Shown here piece by piece: positions 26,835 to 36,926 of a stretch of DNA of 64,000 nucleotides (positions within the stretch are counted from its first letter, which is position 1; the number at the start of each line of letters is the position of its first letter). The notes beneath the pieces were generated by a model that did not search any database, was not told where the DNA came from, and was given only the letters and a program-made list of their open reading frames with translations. A program made the position numbers and the translations under genes. Source of the DNA: a virus (Duplodnaviria; Caudoviricetes); IMG/VR virus record IMGVR_UViG_3300025838_000032, positions 19,777 through 83,776 of that record, one strand, 5' to 3'.

Positions 26835-29633
26835 ATGGCTATTAACTATGTACAAAGCTCTGCAGTAGTAACGAGTGGCGGACCAGCGTCGATCACCATC
26901 TCTGGCGTGACACCAGGCAACCAGCTCATCTTCAACATCAACGTTGAAGCTGCGTCACAACCATCTATAACAAGCGTTGCCGATAGTAAGACCAATACTT
27001 GGTCAAAAGTATACGGAACGTCTTCTGGTGGTTATTTCACTCAACAGAACGAGATATGGTTCTGTAACTCAGCAGCTAGTGGTAATACTACTATAACTGG
27101 TACATTCACACCGGTAGGAACGTACGGAAACGGCGTTAGCCTGACGGTGTTTGAATTTAGTGGTATTGGTGGTGTCGATGGATCAGCAACATATAATACT
27201 GCGAGTGGAACACAGAACCCAAATGTTACGATAACGCCTAATCAATTCGGGGATCTTCTTCTCGGATATTTCCCAGATGCCAACTGGGGACCAAGCGCTC
27301 TACCGGGAGTTCCATGGAATAGCTTTACCAATGGAGCATCTCAAGCGTTTGCTTGGCAAGTATACCCAAGTACTAGCCCAACGAACCCCACGTGGACGCT
27401 GGTAGGAAATACACTTACATGGGGTGTTATCGGGGCTGCGTTCTACCCTGCGATTAACCCATCGGGGTCTCTCGCTAATTATCCAGGGTTTATGGGAGAT
27501 ATTCTGCTAGGGGCAAGCCCATTGGGTACTGGCGGGACTATTGTCCATAATATTTATGTAAAATTAGCATTAATTGTTTCTACGAGCATTAGTACAACTA
27601 ATAAATTTGCTCATAGAATAAAGACTTCAAATGTTATTCAAACATCATTGTCGAATGTGTCTAGAGCTCTAGCAAGAGTAAGACAATCTGCTGTCGTTGC
27701 CACTAATTTAGTAACTAGTAGTAAACTCTTTAAAAGAGTAAAAAACTCCGCTGTCGTTGCCACTAATTTAGTAACTAGTAGTAAACTCTTTAAAAGAGTA
27801 AAAAACTCCGCTGTAGTGCAGACAAGTATTGCTAATAGTGTAAAGACCATAAAACGGATAAAAACATCAGTCGTTGATGCTACGAATCTAATTAATACAG
27901 TTAGAATAAGATCAAAGAATAAAGCTATATCAGTAGTACAATCTGCCCTGATAACTTCTACACGCTTGCGTTCAAAAGTTAGATCGATAACATTAGTTCA
28001 ATCTTCTTTATCGATAGCTAAAAAAACACTTGCTCGAGTAAGAACTACTAAAGTAACATCTACACAATTAGTGCAGATTATAAGATCTATAAAAAGAATA
28101 AGAGTAACAACTGTAATACAAACTAATCTTGCAATAGCTATTAAAACAATTAAACGTGTTAAAGCAACTACTGTTATCCAGATACCATTATCGATAGCTA
28201 AGAAGACAATATCAAGAGTCAAATTATCTTCCGCTAATCTAGCAAACCTAGTCAAATCTGTGAAGATTTTCTCTAGGGTCAAAAAATCTATCGCAGTAGG
28301 TACTAATCTAATCCGTTCCAATAAGGCTTTGAATAAATCGTCTAAAGTGATACAAACGTTACTTGCCACTTCTTCAAAAGCAGCAAAGCACTTAAGAACA
28401 GTTCTTGCGAATGCTATAAACTATGTTCTACCTAAGAGAGTAGACCAGATATTCCGCTATAGCACTGTTAGAGCAATAAACCTAATAATATCTACAAAGA
28501 AGTTCGCTCGTGTTCGTATTGTTAAACCAATACAGGTATCTACCGCTATTGCTGTAAAAACAGCTAAGTATCTTAGAAAAACGACCGTAACTTCCACGAA
28601 TCTTGTTAAGAGCTTGCGCGGGAAAGCAAAATCCGCGCTGGTGACAGCAACCTCACTGGTCACGTCATCGAAGCTTTTCAAGAGAATAAGAATCTCCGTT
28701 GTTGTTCAAACTCCGATAGTTTATTCGGTAAAATTGCTAAAGAGAATTAGAAAAGCTTTGGCAACAGGGACGGATGCGGCTCTAAACAACAGGACAATAA
28801 TCCGCATAAAGACGAGCAAGGCGATCCAAACTTCGCTGACTATAGCAAAGAGAATATCAGGGAAAACTAGAACTGCTGTGGCCACCGCCATCTCTTCCGT
28901 GAAGATAGCCAGGAAATTTAATAGAGTCAAAAATACAATCGTTACTGCGGTGGATCTTATAACCAGCACTAAAACAGCCAAACGCATAAAGACGAGTAAA
29001 GTCGTACAGATCCCTCTTTCGTTCGGCCTCAGAGGCGGATACCACATAAAAACCGCCGTAGCGAACCTAGTTACTCTTGTCAGAGTACAGAGAACTAGAA
29101 GCAAGACCGTAAGAGTTATTGGTATTTCTCTGGTTAAAGTTGGTAGAGGGCTGGGCCGTCTGGCGGGAGCAATAGCCGTACCGCTTGTGTACTTAACTAA
29201 GAGATTCAGCAGAAAACGTCAGGCTGTTGCCCTACAAGTGGTTTCCGCAACAATAACCAGGAACGTGAAAGTAACCCGCCGAGGGACCGTAACAGTCAGC
29301 TACCACATCGGGACGAGTAAAGGCAGAACGAAGTTTAAGCAGGCAATCGCCGGTCTTATCGGGTTAGCTAAAGTAACCAGAGCTTACATAATTAACATTA
29401 AATCGAAGGAAGATTCCAATGTACAACCAATTAGTAAAATTAATAATTATGTAATAACTAATAGTTCGCTGGATAACGTGGGCAATTTCTCGCAGGGCGT
29501 AGATTCCCCGGCCTCTACGTACCAAGAGCCGTTCGTTGACAACCCTGGTAATTATAATGAACCAACGGATAATCCACCGAATGATCATTCTGAGCCGGAG
29601 AACGCCTCTGGCGAGGATATTGTCCCGTTCTGA
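26835..29633 (+). CDS. Fibre-like protein: N-terminal beta domain, about 30 cationic 20-aa repeats, acidic tail
   Basis: Repeats such as VKNSAVVATNLVTSSKLFKR; about 4 Asp and no Glu in about 590 aa. Confidence 0.75.
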   Translation: MAINYVQSSAVVTSGGPASITISGVTPGNQLIFNINVEAASQPSITSVADSKTNTWSKVYGTSSGGYFTQQNEIWFCNSAASGNTTITGTFTPVGTYGNGVSLTVFEFSGIGGVDGSATYNTASGTQNPNVTITPNQFGDLLLGYFPDANWGPSALPGVPWNSFTNGASQAFAWQVYPSTSPTNPTWTLVGNTLTWGVIGAAFYPAINPSGSLANYPGFMGDILLGASPLGTGGTIVHNIYVKLALIVSTSISTTNKFAHRIKTSNVIQTSLSNVSRALARVRQSAVVATNLVTSSKLFKRVKNSAVVATNLVTSSKLFKRVKNSAVVQTSIANSVKTIKRIKTSVVDATNLINTVRIRSKNKAISVVQSALITSTRLRSKVRSITLVQSSLSIAKKTLARVRTTKVTSTQLVQIIRSIKRIRVTTVIQTNLAIAIKTIKRVKATTVIQIPLSIAKKTISRVKLSSANLANLVKSVKIFSRVKKSIAVGTNLIRSNKALNKSSKVIQTLLATSSKAAKHLRTVLANAINYVLPKRVDQIFRYSTVRAINLIISTKKFARVRIVKPIQVSTAIAVKTAKYLRKTTVTSTNLVKSLRGKAKSALVTATSLVTSSKLFKRIRISVVVQTPIVYSVKLLKRIRKALATGTDAALNNRTIIRIKTSKAIQTSLTIAKRISGKTRTAVATAISSVKIARKFNRVKNTIVTAVDLITSTKTAKRIKTSKVVQIPLSFGLRGGYHIKTAVANLVTLVRVQRTRSKTVRVIGISLVKVGRGLGRLAGAIAVPLVYLTKRFSRKRQAVALQVVSATITRNVKVTRRGTVTVSYHIGTSKGRTKFKQAIAGLIGLAKVTRAYIINIKSKEDSNVQPISKINNYVITNSSLDNVGNFSQGVDSPASTYQEPFVDNPGNYNEPTDNPPNDHSEPENASGEDIVPF
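27690..27814 (+). repeat. Exact 60-nt tandem repeat (about 2.1 copies)
   Basis: Lines 27661, 27721 and 27781 align exactly at 60-nt period. Confidence 0.95.
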
Positions 29634-29634
29634 A

Positions 29635-29664
29635 TGTAAAACAACTCAGTATTTACCATAGTTT
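29635..29664 (+). promoter_or_regulatory. Candidate late promoter (TGTAAAACAA...TAGTTT)
   Basis: 10-mer TGTAAAACAA shared with 34817; 18-nt spacer. Confidence 0.35.
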
Positions 29665-29684
29665 ATAGATCTAGAGGAGAAAAA

Positions 29685-30182
29685 ATGACCGTCAAAGATA
29701 CTCGTCTTACAATCGTTTCGTGGGCTTCCAAGTGGGGCGTCGGGAATAAGCGCTATTTCCAGTACTCCAAGGGGCCTGAGCGCATGGATTTTTTGAAGCA
29801 CCAAAGAGGGTACGTCCCTCTTTCCCTAGATTGCTCCGCTGCGGTTACTCTGTGGTATTGGGCTGCGGGAGCTCAAGACCCCAATGGGCTTCACTACGAT
29901 GGTGAAGGATACACCGGGACACTCCTGAGCAATGGCGTAAAAATTGGCCTGAAGCAACTTCAGCCAGCTGACGTTATTGTTTACGGCCCTGGCACAGGAG
30001 TGCACGCCGTGCTTGTCGTAGACGCTACGAACAAAGCCAACCCGCTCTGTGTTTCGATGGGAGAAGACGGGGATCCAAGTTTCGTTCGTCACTCCGTGCT
30101 CCTTGGGCTGGGTGAGCCAACATTTCTCCGCTACCACACTGGGACCACAGGGCCCGTTTACAATCCACCAGCAGTTAAGTAG
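29685..30182 (+). CDS. NlpC/P60 peptidoglycan hydrolase (endolysin candidate)
   Basis: LDCSAAV (Cys), YTGTLL, PADVIVYG, HAVLVV (His); GAGGAG RBS. Confidence 0.8.
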   Translation: MTVKDTRLTIVSWASKWGVGNKRYFQYSKGPERMDFLKHQRGYVPLSLDCSAAVTLWYWAAGAQDPNGLHYDGEGYTGTLLSNGVKIGLKQLQPADVIVYGPGTGVHAVLVVDATNKANPLCVSMGEDGDPSFVRHSVLLGLGEPTFLRYHTGTTGPVYNPPAVK

Positions 30183-30190
30183 GACTATAA

Positions 30191-31135
30191 ATGTCACGTT
30201 ATCGCGTTAATTTTGCCCAGGGAGTTGCTTACAACGTATCTGGTACTGGTGCACAGCTAACAATATCAGGTATTAACTTCCCTCAGGTGTCGGGGACGTA
30301 CATGCCTATTGTTCTGAATCCAGGGTACTTTGGCGCGACAAACACTAGCGGTCCAGAGATCGTATACGTTACGTCAGTGAACTCATCGGGGACAGTCGCC
30401 ACGTTAAGTGCTCGGGCCCAAGAAGGCTCTTCTCTCGCCAGTGGAGCAGTAGTCCCGTGGGTAGCTGGCCCTGTTGTGGCCGACTTCGACGTATCGAACC
30501 TGACTTCTACGGGCACTCTCTCGCTGAATAATGGCATCTCCGCATCTGGATCCACTACATTCAATAGTGGAGCAACTGTAACTAGCGGTATAACCGTCAA
30601 CGGGAACTCAACATTCAACAACAACCTCACGGTTATTGGCAACGAGACCATCAGCGGGACCGTCACGGCGGGGGGAGGTACCTTCGGGGGGACATCTATT
30701 CCTGCGGGAACGTCTCTTCTAACTCTCAATGGTAATGCCGGTACTCCTTCAGCAATTAATCTTGCTAATGGTACTAACTTACCCGCTGCAAGTATAGTTG
30801 GTACAGTAGCTAACGCCACTAATGCCACTACAGCTTCTAGTTTACTTGATCATGGGGGTGTAGGAACTGGACTCATTATACAATATGGTGTTGTTAATGA
30901 TACTACTAACTCATATGGTAATATATCTTTTAATTTTCCAAGTTCATTCCCCAATGCATGTCTTTCAATTTTTATGGAAAACCAAAACAATGGTAGTGGG
31001 GGTATGTATGTTAACTCTATAGTAAGCGCTAGTAAAACTGGTGCAGTTATGTCACAATGGGTTGGTAATACAAGTTCATTTATACCCAGAAATGCAGTTT
31101 TAATTTCAGTCCAATATATAGCTATTGGATACTAA
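30191..31135 (+). CDS. Fibre/decoration protein
   Basis: PEIVYVT..RAQEG N-domain, beta-rich middle, IIQYG...FPSSFPNAC...YIAIGY fibre-tip-type C-terminus. Confidence 0.7.
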   Translation: MSRYRVNFAQGVAYNVSGTGAQLTISGINFPQVSGTYMPIVLNPGYFGATNTSGPEIVYVTSVNSSGTVATLSARAQEGSSLASGAVVPWVAGPVVADFDVSNLTSTGTLSLNNGISASGSTTFNSGATVTSGITVNGNSTFNNNLTVIGNETISGTVTAGGGTFGGTSIPAGTSLLTLNGNAGTPSAINLANGTNLPAASIVGTVANATNATTASSLLDHGGVGTGLIIQYGVVNDTTNSYGNISFNFPSSFPNACLSIFMENQNNGSGGMYVNSIVSASKTGAVMSQWVGNTSSFIPRNAVLISVQYIAIGY

Positions 31136-32002
31136 ATGAGACCAAGACCAATACCAATGTATAGCGTGGAGCCCATCGGCATCATGACGTATTCGCTGGG
31201 TGCTCTGACAGATCCTGACAACAAACTGGTTTATGTCGAAGTGGTGAATACTGATAATAATCTGGTGGTTGTGCCAAGCGGGACACAAACAACTTGGGAA
31301 GGCACCGGAACCTATCAGTACACATTTAACTCTAGTCAAACTGCCGAGCAAGGCAATTATGCCGCAACGTATACATACACGATTAGCGGCTCTCCGCGAA
31401 CATATGTAGATTATCTCGTCATCACCGATCAGATGCCCTACTGGAGCAATCTAGACACCAATACGCGGGAAATAGCGACAGGTATCGTTCACAGACTGGA
31501 TAAGAGCTTCGACAGCACGGCGGGAGGACCTTATCTCCAAGAACTACAACAAAGCGGGTTCATTATCTACGAAGAAGTAGCTATGGTCATGCAAGACGAA
31601 ACCATGGACTATATCAACTTTGAATTCCAGCCGATATTCAATCCCCCATACGATATTGGGCTCAACGCGCAAGTTCCATTCCCCACCACATACTACGGGG
31701 TGCTGGCTAACCAAACATACGCTCATTTCCTAAAGCACATTGCCCGTAACTACATTGAACAACCGTCGCCGGAAGGCATGAACGCCGCCTGGATGAACCG
31801 TAGAGATTACTATAACAGATGGTGGCAACTCTATCTATTTGAGAAAGAGATAGCTGATAAGCAACTCCGACAGATGAAGCGTCAATTCATGGTTGGATCC
31901 AAGCGTAGTCTGCTTGTAGCGGGTGGATTGATTCCACGAATGTTTGTTAATCCAGCAAGACCACATTTTGCTTATGCCGCAGTCAATATGTCGGGCGTTT
32001 AG
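31136..32002 (+). CDS. Putative head-tail adaptor / neck protein
   Basis: 288 aa; first gene of the neck-to-sheath block; helical C-terminal half. Confidence 0.55.
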   Translation: MRPRPIPMYSVEPIGIMTYSLGALTDPDNKLVYVEVVNTDNNLVVVPSGTQTTWEGTGTYQYTFNSSQTAEQGNYAATYTYTISGSPRTYVDYLVITDQMPYWSNLDTNTREIATGIVHRLDKSFDSTAGGPYLQELQQSGFIIYEEVAMVMQDETMDYINFEFQPIFNPPYDIGLNAQVPFPTTYYGVLANQTYAHFLKHIARNYIEQPSPEGMNAAWMNRRDYYNRWWQLYLFEKEIADKQLRQMKRQFMVGSKRSLLVAGGLIPRMFVNPARPHFAYAAVNMSGV

Positions 32003-32043
32003 CAGGAATAAATATTGGTGGGATGTAATTCATTCAACTTGTT

Positions 32044-32916
32044 ATGCTAGCAGGTATGAGTACTTATACCTGTGTCGTTTGTAATGAAGAAAATGATGGT
32101 GGCGTAACTAGAAAAATCTGCGCTGATTGTAAAGATATACCCCGATATTGCAAATGTGGTTGTAATACCAAGCTTTCATCATCTGTTTATGCAGGAGCAA
32201 AATTTGCTCCAGGACATAACGTTTATTTACAGAGCAAAGAAGAAATTGTTAACAGAGGGAAGAAAGGGCATAAGAAAAGTATGGATCACTTCCCAATTAT
32301 TAAAAAATATACATGTCGTGTTTGCAACGAAGAAAAAGAAGAGACTTTGACACGCCCCGGTCCTAGTCGTAAAACGTGTGAAGCATGCCAGGATAGAGAG
32401 ATTATCTGCGCGTGCGGTTGTGGAACAGTGATTAAATCTGATAAACATCATCAACCAAAATATGCTGTTGGGCATAATACTAGAGCTTTAACTTTTGAAG
32501 AACAAAAAAGACGCAATGCTAAAAGATTATCTCATCATAAATATGATGATGAATTTCGTAAAAAAATGTCCGAAAAGATTGTACGTCTTCATAAAGAAGG
32601 TAAATTCCTCAATCTCTATGGCTCAAACAATAAATCTTCTAAGGTTGAGTTGTCGCTCAAACCCGTGCTTGAACCTCTTGGATACGTAAGTACACAGGAT
32701 AAGAAATACCACATTGGTAATTCAAAGATAGGTGTCCACATACCAGATTATGTCAATCGCTCTGAACGAAAGATCGTAGAAGTATGGGGAACATACTGGC
32801 ATCGTGGCGAGAATCCCCAAGATTTAATTGATTGGTACGCAGAACAGGGATGGACCGCTCAGGTGGTATGGGAAAATGAAGTCCCCGCGTTTGCAGTCAA
32901 TATGGGAGGAGTATAG
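32044..32916 (+). mobile_element. Free-standing Vsr/EDxHD-like endonuclease with CxCGC DNA-binding modules
   Basis: CKCGC..FAPGHN and CACGC..YAVGHN repeats; IPDY...IVEVWGTYWH...VVWENE catalytic region. Confidence 0.75.
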
Positions 32917-32917
32917 T

Positions 32918-33607
32918 GTGTCCGGGATTGATCCTCAACCGGGTCCGGTAGTATCTGGTACGGGAACCGGTTTATTCACGCAATTAGAGAGCCCGCTTTT
33001 AGTTGTAAAACAACGTGAGATATGGGCTGAAATAGATCAGCAACGTTTCCATGATGAGTCTCTTCAATGGTTTGGAGAGGAAACAATCGTTCGTCAACTA
33101 TGGCGTGCTGAGGATGCTGCTCTTGGTTTGGTTGGGTATTGCCAGCAGTGCCAAGATTCCCCGAATCCGCTGTACCCGGATGCCACGATACAATCACGGG
33201 TTAGTACTGTATACAGACAAACGGGGAATAGCTACTGCCCGACCTGTTTCGGTACTACCTTCAGCGGTGGATTCAAACCTATTTGCTATCATCTGTATAT
33301 GTTGGCGGCAGATACTCCGCAGGTGCGTTCTAACTTATCAACGGGACAATTCTGGAGAGACAACCCCCAGGTACAGTTCAGTTGGTTCCCCGAGATTAGA
33401 ACTGGTGATTTAGTTGTCCGCGTTAATTCCTGGAGCAATGGCACACCGACTGCCCTAGGTCTTAGATTCCAGGTGAGCGCGGTCAATGTGCAGACCGTGA
33501 GAACTGGCCCCGGTATCAGTTACGATACCACCAAGATTGTTAGTCAGTCTTGCACGTTAGAGAATGTATTCCCGAGCCACCCATATTATAACGTCCCAGT
33601 CATATGA
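32918..33607 (+). CDS. Putative head-closure / stopper protein
   Basis: GTG start with GGAGGAG RBS; CQQC and CPTCFGT; PEIRTGDLVVR..RFQV beta barrel. Confidence 0.55.
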   Translation: MSGIDPQPGPVVSGTGTGLFTQLESPLLVVKQREIWAEIDQQRFHDESLQWFGEETIVRQLWRAEDAALGLVGYCQQCQDSPNPLYPDATIQSRVSTVYRQTGNSYCPTCFGTTFSGGFKPICYHLYMLAADTPQVRSNLSTGQFWRDNPQVQFSWFPEIRTGDLVVRVNSWSNGTPTALGLRFQVSAVNVQTVRTGPGISYDTTKIVSQSCTLENVFPSHPYYNVPVI

Positions 33608-34125
33608 TTAATGGAGTTCTTTTACCAGAGTTATTAACGCAGAGATTATCTCGCCGCGCAGTTGAGATCGCTCAGCTAATAGGACCGCGTAAAACAGGGC
33701 GTGGACTGAATAGCCTCTTGCCGCTGTATCAACCAGGGATAATAGGTATAGAAGTACCTGATAACACTGCCTATATGTACGACCTTGAGAAGGGCGTCCG
33801 GGCACATGCCATGGTGGATCTCGCTGGGAAGGTAATCCCGATTAGAGAAACTAACGGGAATATCTCTTTTAGAAGAGCTAGCGCGAACAAGATTGGCACT
33901 ATACCAATTATTACAAGATCAGCTAAAGACGGAAGAATACAGACGGATAAGAGAGAGTGGTATTACCCGGAGAAACAGGGGCTCTCATTCCTGGATAAAT
34001 CACTTCGTATGAGTGTAGAGGAATGGAAGAGAACAACCAATACACAAGAAGTTATAAGTATTCTTATGCAAACTAGCATGAAGAATGATATAAGCGAGAT
34101 CTTATATGGCAGACCCACACCTTAA
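33604..34125 (+). CDS. Putative neck / tail completion protein
   Basis: 173 aa basic protein in neck position. Confidence 0.5.
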   Translation: MINGVLLPELLTQRLSRRAVEIAQLIGPRKTGRGLNSLLPLYQPGIIGIEVPDNTAYMYDLEKGVRAHAMVDLAGKVIPIRETNGNISFRRASANKIGTIPIITRSAKDGRIQTDKREWYYPEKQGLSFLDKSLRMSVEEWKRTTNTQEVISILMQTSMKNDISEILYGRPTP

Positions 34126-34137
34126 TAAGGATTAATT

Positions 34138-34785
34138 TTGTTTCAGACAGCCGTAAAAACGTGCATCATAGAGGCTCTTGAAGCTGGATTTTCTACCCTC
34201 GCGTCCTCCCCAAGTGATTATAGCCTTGAGTTGACGCCAAATAGTATCACGATTGAGTACCCTCTCGAGCTTGTCCAATGGCCAGCGATATTTGTGCAAT
34301 TTAGGCCCAACAAGATCCAGTGGTCTGGGCTCAACCCCGATATATTCAGCACATCAGTGTCGGGAATCACCATAAGTGGTATAAATTATCCAGGGTCTAA
34401 CGCCACCAGAACCGGGTATTTTGAGGGCAGTATTGACCTACAAATCATGGCTATGCACAGCGAGGAACGAGACCGTCTTTACGATAGTGTTACGAACCTG
34501 ATCTTATTAGACAGTATTAGCCCTGCCAGTACGGCTTTTGTCCAGAGTATCTATAACAATAATCTAGTCGGGATGACGCTGCTTTTGGACACATTCACCC
34601 CTCTCGGGGACAGCATCAGTGTGGGAACCCCGTGGAGCCCCGAAGAACTTACCTATGAATCCAGCATCCGAGTCAGTTGCATAGGTGACTTCTACGAGAC
34701 AAAGTACCAGCCACTTTACCCACAGATCACTGCCGCAACTTTCTCGGGGACCATGGTGCCTCAAATCATTACGTTTTCTGGCTAA
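34138..34785 (+). CDS. Putative tail terminator
   Basis: TTG start with AAGGA RBS; IEYP..WPAIFV...ERDRLYD; directly before the sheath. Confidence 0.55.
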   Translation: MFQTAVKTCIIEALEAGFSTLASSPSDYSLELTPNSITIEYPLELVQWPAIFVQFRPNKIQWSGLNPDIFSTSVSGITISGINYPGSNATRTGYFEGSIDLQIMAMHSEERDRLYDSVTNLILLDSISPASTAFVQSIYNNNLVGMTLLLDTFTPLGDSISVGTPWSPEELTYESSIRVSCIGDFYETKYQPLYPQITAATFSGTMVPQIITFSG

Positions 34786-34816
34786 TTATTCAGAATAAAA
34801 GTATTAAAAGAAACAC

Positions 34817-34845
34817 TGTAAAACAATAAACCATTCGCATAAGGC
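34817..34845 (+). promoter_or_regulatory. Candidate late promoter (TGTAAAACAA...TAAGGC)
   Basis: Same 10-mer as 29635, 17-nt spacer, upstream of the sheath gene. Confidence 0.35.
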
Positions 34846-34860
34846 ATTGAAGGAGAATGT

Positions 34861-36423
34861 ATGCCTATTCCCAATTATCAGATTCCTGGGGTTTATGTCA
34901 CACAGTCTGGTTCCTCACTGACCGCTGTGAACCCAACAAATCTTAATATCGCTATTATTGCCGACGATGTCGTGCAGGGCTACAACATGGATACGTTCAA
35001 TAACGTTGTATCTGTGAGTGGTGTCACAATCGGTCAGCTCTCTGTACCAATGGTTAATAATACATATAGCGGAACATATTCGACGTATTCCGGATACACA
35101 GTAACATGGACCAGCAACAGCGGAACGACAATTACCGGTGCTTATGGAACCAACTTTAACATAACAAATGCTAGCGGTAGTGCGTTCTCTTACCTCACGA
35201 CAAGCGGAATTTCTTCGAGCACCGTCCCAAGCGGGACCGTACAGATAACGTATGGTCACAACTGGGGTGCCTATGGGAATTTCACAGAGTATACACAGGC
35301 TGCTCAGGCCATAGGGTCGTCCATCAGCGGAACAACGATTGTTCACCCAGCATTGCTCGCTACGCAGCTCGCTTTCCAGAATGGTGCGAACACTGTATCG
35401 ATTCTTCCTGTGGCCAGAACATCCAGTGGCACTACAGCATCTACTCAGGATTGGGCGAACGTGTTCTCCACTGGTAGTGGGTTTACCGGGAACAACCCGA
35501 TCTACGCTGCCGCCCTTAATAACATTGATGTAATTGTCCCCCTTTACGGATTCATCAGCATGAGCGGAGCTACATACGGTCAGATAACTCCGTACGGTAG
35601 CAACAACGTAGCTGCCGCGATTACCAGCTATCTTCTTGCTCAGAGCAGTAATGGCGTTTACCAAAGAGCCTTCCTTGGTGTAGACGGCACCTTTAACCAG
35701 GTAACGACCACCGCTATGCAAGCCCTGGCAAGTGGCTTCGGTATCGGTGGAGCGGGAACAAGAGTGAGCCTTCTTTTCCCTTCTACAATCAACTATAACC
35801 CTGGTCTGAGCACTTCGACTGGTCTTACGAACGTCAGCTTTAACATCCCAGGGTACTACTTAGCTGCCGCCGTAGCCGGTACATTTGTAGGACAAACCAA
35901 CGTTGCTACACCAATTACTAATAAGATTGTTAATGGTTTCAACTATGTGCCAAACCAGATTAGCCTGATTGATGCCCAAACCAACTATCTTCCATATGGA
36001 TTGACGACGGTATATCAGAAGCGAGACGGTAAACTCTGGATCCTTCAGGGGTTAACAACAAATATTACAAACTGGTTAACACAAGAGATATCTATTAACG
36101 CGATTGGCGATGTTCTTGCGAATCAGATTAGAAATGGTCTACAGGCTACTAGCCTCATTGGTGGTCCATTGACGCAAATTACAGCTGCTGCTGCCCTCGG
36201 TGAGGTGCAAGGACAGCTAACGGATGCTGTTGCTAACGGTTTAATTCAAAATTATCAGAACTTGGCGTATACAGTTAATCCTGCCACACCAACAACTATC
36301 AATATAACTTTCCAATACTCTCCGACCTACCCAATTAACTACATCCAAGTTGTACTGAGTCTGAACACTCAGACCGGTGTAGTCCTGGCTAGTAGCGCTC
36401 AGAGCAACCTCGTAGTTTACTAG
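34861..36423 (+). CDS. Contractile tail sheath protein
   Basis: YQIPGVYV N-terminus; C-terminal QEISINAIGD and PINYIQVVLSL sheath core. Confidence 0.85.
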   Translation: MPIPNYQIPGVYVTQSGSSLTAVNPTNLNIAIIADDVVQGYNMDTFNNVVSVSGVTIGQLSVPMVNNTYSGTYSTYSGYTVTWTSNSGTTITGAYGTNFNITNASGSAFSYLTTSGISSSTVPSGTVQITYGHNWGAYGNFTEYTQAAQAIGSSISGTTIVHPALLATQLAFQNGANTVSILPVARTSSGTTASTQDWANVFSTGSGFTGNNPIYAAALNNIDVIVPLYGFISMSGATYGQITPYGSNNVAAAITSYLLAQSSNGVYQRAFLGVDGTFNQVTTTAMQALASGFGIGGAGTRVSLLFPSTINYNPGLSTSTGLTNVSFNIPGYYLAAAVAGTFVGQTNVATPITNKIVNGFNYVPNQISLIDAQTNYLPYGLTTVYQKRDGKLWILQGLTTNITNWLTQEISINAIGDVLANQIRNGLQATSLIGGPLTQITAAAALGEVQGQLTDAVANGLIQNYQNLAYTVNPATPTTINITFQYSPTYPINYIQVVLSLNTQTGVVLASSAQSNLVVY

Positions 36424-36432
36424 GAGTAACTT

Positions 36433-36906
36433 ATGGCAAAATCAACATTCCGCGTAGGTGGTGGTCAATATACAGCATTTACCTATAAGGGAGCTCCTCT
36501 AATCTATGCTCAGATGATCAACGAGCGCGGTCCTCAGCCCGTTGCTCAGCCCCAGCCAATACAACCATTAGATTCTCCTTACCCCATTGAAATTGCGCTA
36601 CCCTCCGCTCTTCAGGCTGGAACGCTAGAAATAACGTTCCTCGAGCAATGGAACGCAGAAGTCTGGGCGCAACTTGGTGGAGACTTTACAACTGCCTCTG
36701 ACTTGCTCGATGTGTTTAATGCTCAGCTGGCACAGGGCGAAGTTCAGTGTCAAAAGATCATCAAAAAGCCAGACGGTACAACACGCAGAATTACTTATCA
36801 GGGCTGCGTCGTTGTCAATGCACAAATTGATGAGTTGATCCAAATTGGAACAATGACGATCCCCAAGACAATAACAATTATGTATCGTTCTAGAAAAGAA
36901 TCCTGA
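36433..36906 (+). CDS. Tail tube protein
   Basis: 157 aa directly after the sheath; IQPLDSPYPIEI, GTLEIT, RRITYQGCVV. Confidence 0.8.
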   Translation: MAKSTFRVGGGQYTAFTYKGAPLIYAQMINERGPQPVAQPQPIQPLDSPYPIEIALPSALQAGTLEITFLEQWNAEVWAQLGGDFTTASDLLDVFNAQLAQGEVQCQKIIKKPDGTTRRITYQGCVVVNAQIDELIQIGTMTIPKTITIMYRSRKES

Positions 36907-36926
36907 CAGAAAGGTAACGAAGTAAA

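Noticed and set aside
24441-27814. Direct repeats as possible DGR template/variable repeats or CRISPR
   Set aside because: Copies are exact, adjacent and in-frame coding; no adenine-specific mismatches, spacers, reverse transcriptase or cas genes in the window.
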